Positions 13,201 to 25,266 of a stretch of 64,000 nt of DNA are shown here, in pieces. The notes beneath the pieces were generated by a model. It had not been told where the DNA came from, ran no database searches, and saw only the letters and a program-made list of their open reading frames with translations. This stretch comes from Lepidodermella squamata (Eukaryota; Animalia; Gastrotricha). Positions within the stretch are counted from its first letter, which is position 1. Each line of letters starts with the position of its first letter. Location: assembly GCA_047495785.1 (NCBI GenBank), contig JBLDXI010000024.1, positions 1,736,001 to 1,800,000 of the forward strand, written 5' to 3'. The position numbers and the translations under genes were made by a program.

Positions 13201-15301
13201 GCAATTCCGATGTGTATCGCTCTGTACCCTCAAGGAATCTCCAAGGAAAGCTTCATTCTAACTGCAAATTCTCAATTCAAACTGAAACTTTACAACTCAA
13301 CAACGAAAAAATGCCGTTACACCTATCTGGGACCCGCGTATGGTTCGCCGCTTCAAAAGTAAAATTAATGGCTTTAATTAGTCCAAAAAATGATGATTAA
13401 TTTTTCTAGGATTGTTCCGTTACCAGCTCAAGTTGGCGAGCAGCCTAATAGGAGATATTTGGCCTATATAACAAAGGACATGCTTGGCCTTAGCATTATG
13501 CCCCTCGATGGGAATCCGCATAAATCAGTTTCTCTACTGGCCCATCCTCGGCAAATTGTCGATTTTTGCACCAGTTACGACGGCCAGCACATTTTTACGT
13601 GCGGTGGCCCTGATCCTGTGGTCCATATGTGGCGAGTCAATGTCCTGCCCTTGGACGCTCAGGCTCAATTGGCGGGTGGCGATACCATTGAGCCGTTCTA
13701 TCGACTGCTGGAAGGCGGCCGGCAGGGACCGTTTGTTCGGGAAATGGAAGACTTCTTCTATTATCTTCAAATCAAAAGGTTAGCCTCGTTTACTTATTTC
13801 ATGAGACATGTACCTATCTTATTTTATTCGAAAACCCAAAATATGACCTCTTAAAACCGCCGACATTAGAGTTTACTCGAAATCAAGTTCCACCGGATTT
13901 TTGCAAATGAAGAAAATTCTCAAGGATCGCGGTAAATAATCCTGAGCTCGACTTTTTTAAAAGCAAATTACCATTAGGTTCAGGGATATTACAGCGTGTC
14001 CCATAAGTTGCGCAACCATTTTTTTAATTAGGCAACTTTTTGTTAGGAAATTCAACAATTAGGTAATCAATTTAGTTGAATTTCCTTCAAAAAATTGAAC
14101 CTTCCGACAGAATATTCCCAGCCGCGATTTAACCGAAGAAATAACATACTTGATTACTATTCTCGTGTTTTTTGTTTTTGATTGGAATTTTCCGGCCATG
14201 AGATGTCGTCCTTCATTTTGGAGTTTCTGAACCCTTCTCCGTGTATTTTTTTGTTCCGTTACTTATGGGACTCGCTGTATTGATTTGGAAAGAAGCTTTC
14301 AAAGTCTTGACCCTTCTTTAAGTTTAGAAAATTTATTGTAAAAATGATCCAGTCTGCTCTCATGTCAGTTGTTCCCAGTCAAATTTTTGGTTTTCTCATT
14401 AACTCAGACATTTGTCTGAGGAACAGCGTTTTTCTCATAAAGTTATATTCCGATTTTCGTGGAAAAATGTCTAATTAAATTGGATATATTTCAGACAAAT
14501 TTAGTCCAGAGTCCAAATTTATAATTTAATTTTAAATCAATTATTTTCCAGCCAAGGAATTGATGACATGTCTGCGCGAACGGTTGGCGATACAATCCCA
14601 TTGGATGAAGTCCCAAATTTGATGCGAGCCCTTGGCTTCTACCCAACCGAGCAAGAAATTGAAAACATGATCGATGAGGTCAAATACAGTAAATGCGTTG
14701 ATACCCCGGATATGGCCCTAGTCGATCGCATCAACCTGGACGATTTCCTACGTCGTAAGTTATATTTAGAAAAATCTTAAGCTGGATATATTTTTAGATT
14801 AATCTCCTTGCAGTTTATATTAATCATCGGCCTGCTTTTGGTCTGGATCCAGAGCAAATAATGTGGTCCTTTAAAACCCTATCGTCTAGCGGTATAGCCG
14901 GAAATCCGGAAGATTACGACGCGCTGAGCAGAGGCGAACTTTTCGCTCTCGTTCAAAACAAAGGCGAACACATGACTGAATACGAATTAGGCGACGTGCT
15001 CGTTTCACTGCTCGGCTATAACGTCGAGGACGAGTGCGGCGAGAAAGTTGGCCTCGATACTGAAACTATCAGCCAGCTGATTGATGAGAGCCTACCTGAA
15101 ATGATGTCATCCTCGCATTTCGTCTCAAATCTCATGGGGCTGGGGGTTCAACCAACCGGAACCAACGTCACGGCTGAGCTGCCGTCCAAGCTCGAACACA
15201 CGACTTCAGTCATGCCGCGGCGGGGTCTTACTACAGAGCAGACCCTATTATCAGAACTCACGATACCAGAACTTGCAACAAGCGCGACAATGACTGATTG
15301 A
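10230..15301 (+). CDS. CFAP251: Cilia- and flagella-associated protein 251 (WDR66); acidic N-terminus, WD40 repeats, EF-hand-like C-terminus; multi-exon
   Basis: Motifs RLLTLGVDRFLVEYDL, RIEQSAIP, LPLDGNPHKS-type segment, MEDFFYYLQI, NLMRALGFYPTEQEIENMIDEVKYS, YINHRPAFG, GEHMTEYEL across spliced ORFs. Confidence 0.88.
13992..14277. mobile_element. Tc1/mariner-type MITE in CFAP251 intron
   Basis: 17-bp TIRs cagcgtgtcccataagt / acttatgggactcgctg (1 mismatch), each flanked by TA. Confidence 0.8.
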
Positions 15302-15394
15302 AATATGATAACAAGATTGAAATTTTATTTAATTTTAAATGAAAAAATGATATTAACGCAACTGTGTTCAATTAATAAAATTTACGGCTAGATA

Positions 15395-15785
15395 TTATGC
15401 CGCCATATTTTCGCACATTTTGCAAAATTCTGACATGGTGTTGAGGCGTGGGCCGCCGGTTTTCATCGATAGCCCCCCACCCGTGCGCCAGCTGACAGCT
15501 CGACGTTGTTGAACCTTCATGCCGTAGGTGCGAATGTTAGGCGCGTTTAAAATATCTGATTCATCGCTCATGCACTTTTGGCATATCGCTGCGATTTTCT
15601 CCGGATCCAGCGCGGGACTTCCTGTGCGGACTTCAACTTTTGCGGGGCTTTGAACTAAATACAAATGGATAATACAAAAACGTACACCCAGTGCTATAAT
15701 TTAGGTACTCACGTCGGAAGCATGAGGTCAGGTAAACTGTTGAAGCAATAACAACAAAACAGACCAAGATGAATGAACGGTACAT
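15395..15785 (-). CDS. Orphan secreted twin-CxxC protein A (~110 aa); exons 15785-15713 and 15654-15395
   Basis: Signal peptide MYRSFILVCFVVIASTVYLTSCFR, phase-1 GTGAGT..TTTAG intron, ICQKC...RR...FCKMC. Confidence 0.7.
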
Positions 15786-16057
15786 TTTTTAGACTAAAAA
15801 TTTGTGAAATTGTTTATTATGAGTTATTTGCCCAATTAATTCGATTTTATATCGTACTCATTACAGACCTTAAGCCTCCGCGAAAAACCTAGGATTTACC
15901 AGCCTATAGCCTCTCCAGGGATTCCTCCCGGCTCACTCAGGGGGGGCCTATCCTATTATCATTATATAAAAGAAGCCAAAAAAAAACAAAATATCGTCAC
16001 AAAATATTTATTTGCGTAGGATTTAAAAATTTCATCTCAACGATAAAAAATTAATTA

Positions 16058-16643
16058 TCAAGTAATCAAAATTTGGCTATTAGTTAGCTTCCGCGGCCGT
16101 CTATTGCCGTGAGCCAGGCGGCAGACTTTGCACATATCATTAGTCTGCGGGTCCAGTAAATAGCGCGCCATTTTTTTCGAGCTCCCACGCCGTAAAGTTG
16201 TCGCAGCGTCGGCTGGCAGCGCAACATTTAAAGCTGTCAGCATTTTAATATCGCCGCCGTTGAGCATCAGCCGAGGCAGTCGACGCTGCTCGCGGTACGT
16301 TGCCTCAGCCATTTGATAGCACGAATAGCATAGAACAGTGGATCGGATGTTTCTTGTCAGCTCGTCTTCACCTGATTGTTCGGTAAAAAAATCGATGTTA
16401 TCACCTCCTTAAATTATTCAAGGATAAATTTCGCACGTAGGCGTTTGTAACGGACTACCCAGATGATGAAATTTGATATCAACCTTCCCTGGTGGTTTTT
16501 TGTAATCCGATAGGCTAACTTAGTTCAACAGATATTTTGAACTTTCTGTTGACTGATTGCAATTATTTACCTGTCGTGAGTTGAGCCGAAATATTAAAAA
16601 CCGAGATTGAAACAGCGAAAATAGCTAATTTTACCAGGGTCAT
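16058..16643 (-). CDS. Orphan secreted twin-CxxC protein B (~160 aa); probable exons 16643-16571, 16518-16460, 16407-16058
   Basis: Signal peptide MTLVKLAIFAVSISVFNISAQ; PPGKVDIK; LCYSC...RR...RR..KK...MCKVC. Middle exon boundaries are less certain. Confidence 0.65.
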
Positions 16644-18898
16644 ATGACTTGAGTTTTAATAAAATTTGCAAAAAAAATAAAAATAGACCGAACTTTACAG
16701 CCTAGGTACCTGGGATAGGATGGGTACACAATAAAAGATTTATTGTAGGCAGTTTCTTGCTACTATACTACTTCGCCTACATTTTGCGCTCATTGCGCCG
16801 CGTGGTACAAAAAGCAGCGCCTAGATAATTAAGGTGTATATTTTCATGTCAGTGATCGATTTTGTCGGTTCTCTGACTCGCAGAATCATATGGCCTAATA
16901 ACCTAATAGCAGACAGTTGACAAATAATGAAGTGACGGCAAACAAGACGTCAGTGATGTGTCATTATTATAATCTGATCCACTCGGTTAACCTGTAAAAT
17001 TCAAGTTTGCCCCATACATTTTTTAAAACTGTAAACACTTCAGAAGTCCTTTCCTATTCGAGTCAGCCGTCACATGCATGAGACGTTAGTACGTATGTGG
17101 TCACATATTATAAGTCTCGTGATTAATAAAAAGCAGACGCCTATCCCACTGTGTCCTCGCAATGACAATTTAAAATCTGGCTGGATGTAACGGACTTGAG
17201 CGTAGATGGCCGGTTTTGTTCATGATCATTGGTGAGACGCGGACAACGTAAATTAAGCGGCAAAGCTACGACCCATCATTCTGGCCTGAAGTCATTTTGA
17301 TGTACATGTCGAGTTGCGTATTGACCCGATTTACCTGCTCATAGGCATTGTCGAATTTCACATGGATGAATTTAGCTCACAGACTGTGACAGGTTGGCGA
17401 GTGACTAATTGCTCAGTTCGATGGACATTGAATGATGTGATAGCATTGCTAGACAAAAAATCACGGCATGCTTTGCGCTAATTAAATCGGCGGGTGATTC
17501 AGCCAAAAATTTTGAACAGATGATAATAGAAGTTCCGTGAATTTTTAATCAGTCCGTGTTTAATTGCATTACCTCAGCGACTGCAAACACAGATGTCCTA
17601 GACAGTTGTTGTAGCGTGATTTTTGAGAATTTTACAAAGGCGGTTATAATAAATAACTAATAGTTGTATCCAATATCAGTCCGGTAACTGCTGCAATGTA
17701 ATTCAGAACATCAGCAAGCTTGAAAAGTGACAATTTATTTCATTGAATAGCAAGCTGTCTTGTTTAGTTGGTCGCACCCTAGACTTGATTGAGCCATAAA
17801 AAATTCATGACCTTAAAGCGAGAAACTAAGAGAAAAAAATTGAGTACTTTTTTCAGGAAGTTTTCAGCTAATGTTCGGATGCGCCGCACAGTCTCGCCGT
17901 TGCGGAAGCTTTTTATCCAACACGCAGGAGGATAATACCTGGAGACGTCTGGTGTATTCAAATGTCAAACTTGGTCAAATACTTTCGACGACCACATCGG
18001 TCCGGTTTGACAAGGAAGCGTGGATTTTTCGCAGAAAGTTTGAGCGTGATTGAAATTTGAAAAAAGCGACAAAGCGATGAGAAAAGTGTTTTTATTATTT
18101 TTTTCGGCATTTTTCAATTTGAAAATTCTTTCAATGATCGACCCTCCATAATAGCAATAGAACAGATAAGTAAAATGGTTGAATACGGCCATTTTCTCAC
18201 ATAATAGAATAAAAAGCAAATCGATAGAAAAGTCTCCGGGTTGTTTTAAAAAGAGTTTTGGTCTCGTCGCCATGAAAAAGCGGTCACAATTGAAGAGACG
18301 ACGGTAGCGTAATACGATAATAAATACTTTACAGGTAGAAAATTTCAAATGAGGGGAATTTCAACAATGACATCTTGTATTACATATACATGGCGACGAG
18401 AAGTTGTCTTTTTGGCGAGATATAATCCAGAGATTGTGATAAGATGGCAAAGTATTCATTTTTTTACATGTATATAATATAATAAAAAGGAGACGACAAT
18501 TTTCGCCGAAATTGCATCGTTCACCATATATCGTAAAGACACAGAAATTCAAAAGAAAAAGTGTTCATATCTATTCAAATGTTTTCAATTTTTTTGATGA
18601 AAGCAAATATAAATTTATAGCTGTAGAATAGATCATCAGACCACTTGACAAAAAGTTGACTTGGACAATTTTTTTTAAATAACATCTGTTATTCTTTCGA
18701 ATAGCTCGAAATAATTTTAGAGCTTGAAGGTAGGCACAATAGGAAATAAATACATAATGTTGACAAAAAAGTTGATTCGATATACATTTAAATAATCATA
18801 TAGCATTTTATAATAACTATCTATCTCAGTAGAATGCAAATGCAGAGGACAACAACTGTCTTTCGAATAGGGCGGGTAGATAGGGGTTCACATATGGG

Positions 18899-20088
18899 TC
18901 AAACGTCATGGCAAAAAGTGCGGTATAGATGCGCGTGTTTTCGCTCTTCGCGCCGGTTCGCCGACGCCTGGCGCCGCCTTGATTTTGAACTACTTGCGGA
19001 CAATTTCCCCGTCCGCCTGCCGGAGTGCGGCCGCGCTGTTGTCGCTGAAGAGTGGTGGTGTAGCTGCGTCTTCAGCCATTGGCACATTTTACGCACTGTG
19101 TCGTCGATCGTCATGGCGTTGCAAAAGTTCTCGCCATTACAGCAGTATTCGTAAATGTAGGGCGCCCGCGATGAAGATTTAGGGTCGACTTCGACGAACG
19201 TCCCAGCGGTACCAACGCCGTCGCAGCTCGAAACCGGCAGTTTTCTGTCGATACAGCCGCGGAAAATGTCGGCGGTTCCGTTCGTGCCGTCTGGGACGTC
19301 CAGCGTCAAGAACAGCGAGCATGAACCGTCGTTGCTTTGGCAGTAAGGCAGCGCGTCTTCCTCGTTTTCAAAGCCTGAAAACAGCGCCTCGTCCGAAGGC
19401 ATGTGGCATTGCGAAAATCGACCCGGCATATTAATGTCACAAGCACATTTCAAGGCATCTGGGAAAAAAATATTTAATTAAAAATTTATTGCTTAAATAT
19501 TTTACAAATTACTTGAAGACGGTTTGCTGACTAACCGGTCCCTGGATGAAGGCTTCTTGTTATCCAATAGACCAGTCATCGCGACCTTAATGGTATTATC
19601 AACAGGGACCTCAATGCCACATAGGCGTTTAATTTCCGAATCTGCCATGTTGTTTTCGCCGAGGTTTTTCTTCAGCCAGACGCACAGCTTATCAATAAGT
19701 TGCGACTCGGTAACGTTGTTGCAGTAGTCCGAGCCTGTGCAGCAATAGTCGTACGCAAACGAGTTGGGCCCGACTCGTTTCACGTTGAAGAAGTCGCGCT
19801 TGTTCTTCGACAGCGATTTGTAGCAGTCGAAATCGACCGAGCAAGTTCGCAGCATGAACGAGCCGCAACTTTCGACGGGCACCAGCGACATCGAACAGCT
19901 ATCGGCCGAACACTCACCGCGCGGCCCCGACGCGCCGTTGCACTCCGTCCAATCATCCTTACACTTAATCGCACCTGATAAATTGAAATAAAATATATCG
20001 TGGCTGTTTTTTGGAGAAAAAAAGCGCTCACCTTGTGCGGTTGCCAAAAAAGCAATGACGAAAGTTGAGACCAGCAAATGCCGCTGCA
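18899..20088 (-). CDS. Secreted protein with two tandem activin/TGF-beta type I receptor ectodomain-like (three-finger) domains, no TM or kinase; exons 20088-20032, 19974-19513, 19458-18899
   Basis: Signal peptide MQRHLLVSTFVIAFLATAQG; two phase-1 GT-AG introns join ORFs 19502..20095 and 18899..19453 in frame; Cys boxes YCCTGSDYCN and YCCNGENFCN; basic C-terminal segment. Confidence 0.8.
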
Positions 20089-21531
20089 TTGTCACCAGAG
20101 CGTATTAAGGTGGATAAAATAACAGTCCTATTAATGGCGAATAAATGGGCGCTGATGAGTCAAATGATGGGAGTTCACTTCTTGGTGTAACCCCCATAAA
20201 CGGCCGTTATTGGTGGAGCAGGTGACGCAACGTTGCGCGTATTGGGTTACGTCTTTGGTTTATTATAATATATAATATATTTGCCAATATTTACCGTTAC
20301 GATGTTCGGTGTAACGGTTGCGCAAGTTAACAATCTAGTCAAAGACAAGTAGTCGGGATTTTTATGGCGCGTGTTATAATTTTACTTGGAATAAATAATG
20401 AGCGCAGTAGCAGATAATTACCTATATGTACTGAAACCGCAGTGAACAATCAGCGCAACTCAGGTGATTACTGTTATAACACTGATGGGTTGTGATAGGT
20501 CGGCGCGCTTGCTGATTACTCGTCTCCGCCTCGCGTCTGTGTGTGCATCCTCTCAGAAGTTGCTCAGCCGCTACCTCAGCTCTATTATCTGCTACTGAAA
20601 TCGATGCCTATGAAATTGCTTGAATGCAGCTAACAACCGCTTGCCGCCCACATGAGCCGGGCGTCTAGGATCAAAAGCGCAATAAATCCGCGCCTCATGA
20701 CAATTGAAGTGCTAGAACGATCTCGTTTTGTCAAATAAAAATAATAATGATTATCACAGCGACTGGCGGTGACTGATGTCAAACAATCAACACCCCCGAC
20801 TGAATAAAAGTTGCGCACTCTAGGGAAAAACAATCATCTCAAACAATCTCACTTGGCTGATGGCGGTCGCTTTGGTTTTGGCTTGTCTGGCGCTCTCAGC
20901 TGCGGCACTTCAAAACTTCATAATGTTTCATTCATGGATGCTAGCGTACTCTTTAAACAGAGACAATTTTTAATTGTTTAATCCCTCGATTTATTCATAT
21001 CATTAACAATGCTTATACATCTTTGCAAGATAGCCTGGACCCCACATAGCGACGACACCGCGAATCGTGGGCACAAAAACCGTCGCTAGTGGGAGCAAAT
21101 GTGTTTTTTATTGAATTTTGTTCGCTCACATAGCCATACCATGGTGATTTTTTGGATTAGATCTGCTGACGTAAATTATGGCGCCTGCTTCCGACCAATT
21201 TTACAGCAAAAAACATGTAAGTTTGATCAATGAAAATAGGCGCGTTCAAGGCACATGAAATTAGTATAAAAACAATAACAATCGAATCAATCCATACAAC
21301 TCTCCGCGGTACGACTCGTGATATTCAGGTAAAAATAACTCTCCAGGGTTTACATAATTAATCACGCGGTTTGATTGATTCACAATCTCTAGAGACGTAG
21401 ATATCGATTATCTATTCACAGATATATTTCTCAATTAGATAAAAGGGTTTTGCACACGCAGCAGCATGTTTACATCGATAATATTGGAAAAACAAAACAA
21501 TTTCTGAGACTATCAATTGTTCAAGAATCGT

Positions 21532-22190
21532 TTATTGAGGTGCCGTTGAGCTGAACATTGATCCGAAGGGCGAGGATGATGACCCTGAGGCCGGCGGAGG
21601 GGGCTGCGAGGGACCTAGCTGTGATGGATCGTTAATTTGAGTCGGATCAACGGGCCGAAATGATTCTGAGGAGTAGCGAGTGAATAGAATGCCGAGACCT
21701 TCGATTAATGCTAGCAGGACACCGCCGATCACAGCAGAGCCGACCATAGCGGGAACGCCACTTCGTACAGCGACAAGACCGCCGGTGACGAAGCCGGAAA
21801 TAATTGCGTTCCATGGATCCTCCTTTTTCCGAAGATATACCAGCGTGCAATCAACAGCCGAGAATGACAATCCCCAAATTGCGAAATTACCACCGGTGAT
21901 AGGCGCTTTCTCCCTAATGAATCTTAGAGAACCCAACATTCTGCGATATGGTCCCTAAATAAAAAACACAAGAATGATATTTCTCCTCAAAGCTTAGGGG
22001 AGAACTTACACTTGGAGCATTTTTATATCCCTTATAAGCATGGAATATTGAGCCACCGATGGCTCCCATGGCAAAGGCACCGCCAGTATCGTCGACAATA
22101 CGCCAAGGACTACATAACACATGAAATCGTTACTCGGAAACTTCAAGTAATTTTTTCAAAATACCAAGGTTCTCGAGCATATTCTTCCAT
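21532..22190 (-). CDS. TIMM17: Mitochondrial inner membrane translocase Tim17; exons 22190-22165, 22109-22010, 21954-21532
   Basis: [56 protein letters not shown]. Confidence 0.96.
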
Positions 22191-23501
22191 GGGAACACAG
22201 AAGTTTAATTCCTAAACAAATCGGAGATATGATAATCAAGAAATCAAGCGTAGTTAGTTTAGAGTAATTCAACTATTGAGGTAAATAGTTAACAGCGAAG
22301 ATGACTGGCAACAATAGAAGAATCGAAAACCGCGATGAGAATTCATGCTGAATGTCAATAATATTTAAAATGTTCATCTCAGGGTTCCAGCAAGTCCAAA
22401 GGTCAAAGGTATTTACCAAATTTTTCGCAAAGCGAATTTAATTGAACACCAACAGTTATGCATCAAGTCTCCTGAATAAATTATTAAACGACAATTTCAA
22501 ATTACGCTTCGGCATTAATAAGTCAATAAATCAACACAGAAATTCCAACCATATTATAGTATTGACGAAATTTCAGGCGTCGACAGTAATAACGCGTGCG
22601 ATTACTCACACTCCCAGTGGAATATGACATAAGACATTATCAAGATGTCTGATGTAATCATTACGCAAATTATTGGACAACAAAATTAGTTAGATATGCC
22701 AGGAGCCAGTGTCTGTCAAGATACCTAACCACCCAAGTTCAGAGAAACAAACGCTTCTTCGACCTTCTCTTTTCCACTGAAAGCCACCCACCATAGCTTC
22801 AAATTTTAAAGCCACCCAGGCATGAACCGAGCAAATGTTGCGAATCGTATCACGTCACAGCAAGATAGGCCAGCAAGCATTGGCCAAAGAGGATAGGTTG
22901 CAGGTTGCAGGGAGTTCTGCGGCGTCAACGGCAGGTCAAAAGCTGGTGGCTCGGGCGCGGGCGTTTCAAAAAAAGAAAAACACGCGGTACTTTAAAAATT
23001 AAGACTTCATTTTGTGATATATTTGTTTAAAATTTCATTATTTTTCGCCAAAAAAAATTTCAGTTCAAAAAGCTCAGCTGGAAATTTCAAATCCAATCAT
23101 TCGCAGCTCGACTCGGACCACCTGTATGCGACTTTATTTGGCTGAAAGATACGTACCTGAAGGTTTAGTGGGATGCGGGTTGCGGGTCTATTATCGTGCT
23201 AGGTGCGTAATGCGTGGTATTAGCCTTACAATGAGCAAAAAATTAACTACGCGAGTTTGAAGTCTGGCCCGCTAATTTTAGGTCAACGATCAGCGCAAAC
23301 AGCTATTCGAAAGCTGCCGAGGAGAGTAGGATGAATTTCCCCGTTAACCCCAAGCCAGAAGTCTTCTCTTAACTCATCAAACCGATTGCTATCAATTTCT
23401 TGAACCTCGAACCTCGGATATGTTTGTTTGCAGAAATGTAGAAATATTAGTATTGCCTTTATCAGATCGTTCATGTTAAACGCTCATCAAGATCGTCTAA
23501 A

Positions 23502-25074
23502 ATGAACTGGACAAATCATTTCGGAGGTGTCGAGAAACTCATGACGGGGGAGTCTGGTAGAAAGGCGAAAGCTTGCTTTGTTCAACGACCTAATCGTAAC
23601 ATTTTGGGATTTAAGCCGTCAAAGTTGCCGATGCGAACCAAAGCTGGAGCGAATGACCCTCCTGTGAGCCAAGATATTCGAGCTTTAGCTAGAATGAGCA
23701 GATTAGGCTGCAGGCTCAAGCCAACTTCGGCTGATCATCTAGAATCACCCAGAAACGTGCCGAACCGAAGTGCGCCTGTTTATGTACATCTGCCAGATTC
23801 ATCCAAGAGAAACGCTATTCTGGAAACGGAAGACGAGGAGGAACTGATTCCAGTTGAAGAATTTTCGTCATCTTCGGTACTTTCGTCACAGTCAACTTCA
23901 CGTAGTGTGCTCCGGCCCCATAGGATTTCCAACTTTTCATTCGGTTCAGCACTTCCTCCAATCGCCGAAAATTCGGATTTCAGCCCGCGTTCAACGAGTG
24001 ATAACCATAGCGCAACAGGACAAAACTTTGAACCTTCCACATCTCGATCATGGAACTTGAATGACCAGTTTCACGAGCCATCGCAGTCGCATTTCGCCCC
24101 AGTTCATGCATCCCGGGCCCGTTTTTCTAGTGATGAAATTTCAGAATCAAGTAGCGATGGCTATTTGACTGAGGTGGACTTTTTAAATAACCCGAGGTTT
24201 TATACCTACATTATTTGAATCTCACAGGCTGTCTCATATTCAGCTTTGCGACAGAAATTTTCGCATCGACCTAGCGTGCAACCGCGAAACCCTGACGGCC
24301 ATAGGGAAAGTCAGCGCCTTGAGAACCAACGAGCTTTTACAAAGTAATCCGTCGTATTACTTCGTCAATCTGATCAGTTATATTTTTTCAGTTTCAATCA
24401 ATGGAATTCTCAACCGATGTACAAGATAGAGGGCAACTCGGGACATCACGCGCTTGTTAATCAGTTTTCCAGAAATGATATGAACGGTAAGATAAATACT
24501 TCTCTGATCTTGCGTGGATCTATTTTAGTAATTAGAGCGTGAATCAACGGAAAAATCGCGGTTAGTCGAATCGTCAACAAAGGTGGTACAAAACGAAGTG
24601 GCTCCTGGCATGGCGCCAAAGAGATTTTCGTTTCTGTTCAGCAACTCACGTGAAGATCACACCTCGCCTTCGGCTGCAGTATCGATGATTTCTGAATATT
24701 CCCCCGAATCATCAATGAGTAGCACCAGCAATTTGCGCCATGATGCTCAGCCACCATCACCTCCTGGCACAAATCCCTTTGCTGATTTTTTTGACCAAAT
24801 AAAATCTACTGCACATCAAAATGTCAGCGGTTCATCGGTTTTCAGAACTCCGCCACGTCCTGCAAGAGATCTACCGGCAACTCCTCGGTCATCATCGGCT
24901 TTTTCTACACCTGAGTTAATCCGTAGCACTGAAAGTACGGAAAGGAAACAATTTTCGGAAAAATTCGTGCAAACCGAAGATCTTTTGCCGACGATCAACT
25001 TTTCATCATTACCTCATCCTGCAGTTGTTTGCATTCTTGACGAACTTATTTCAGTAATTGACGCTTCAGCATAG
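23502..25074 (+). CDS. Ser/Pro-rich low-complexity protein, multi-exon; N-terminus weakly resembles REDIC1/C12orf40
   Basis: Long ORFs 23502-24218 and 24583-25074 linked by short exons with GT-AG sites; starts MNWTNHFGG...RKAKACF. 3' end uncertain. Confidence 0.55.
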
Positions 25075-25266
25075 TTGTTATTGTTGCTCAGAACTAGTTA
25101 TATTTTATCTTTCCACTTAGAGAACGATGAAAAATGAACTCCTTAGTGCCATTAAAAAATATTGTTCCAATAAAATGTATCACGTTTATTTATGCTGCTT
25201 CATTGTTATAAAATTTGATCACGTAAAACAAATTTGATGATAAAATGGTACAAAAATGCATTCACT

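Noticed and set aside
17100-18560. Additional gene between the twin-CxxC pair and the decoy
   Set aside because: Short stop-interrupted frames and AT-rich repeat-like sequence; no coherent model.
18899-20095. Two separate genes, as implied by the ORF track
   Set aside because: A canonical 54-nt phase-1 intron (19512-19459) joins them in frame, and the second ORF has no ATG or signal peptide of its own.
20151-20175. CTGATGAG as a hammerhead core
   Set aside because: No stem II or GAAA box follows.
20100-21200. Smad-responsive elements upstream of the decoy gene (feedback loop)
   Set aside because: GGCG and GTCT words occur, but I found no correctly spaced GRCGNC-N5-GTCT composite; short words are expected by chance.
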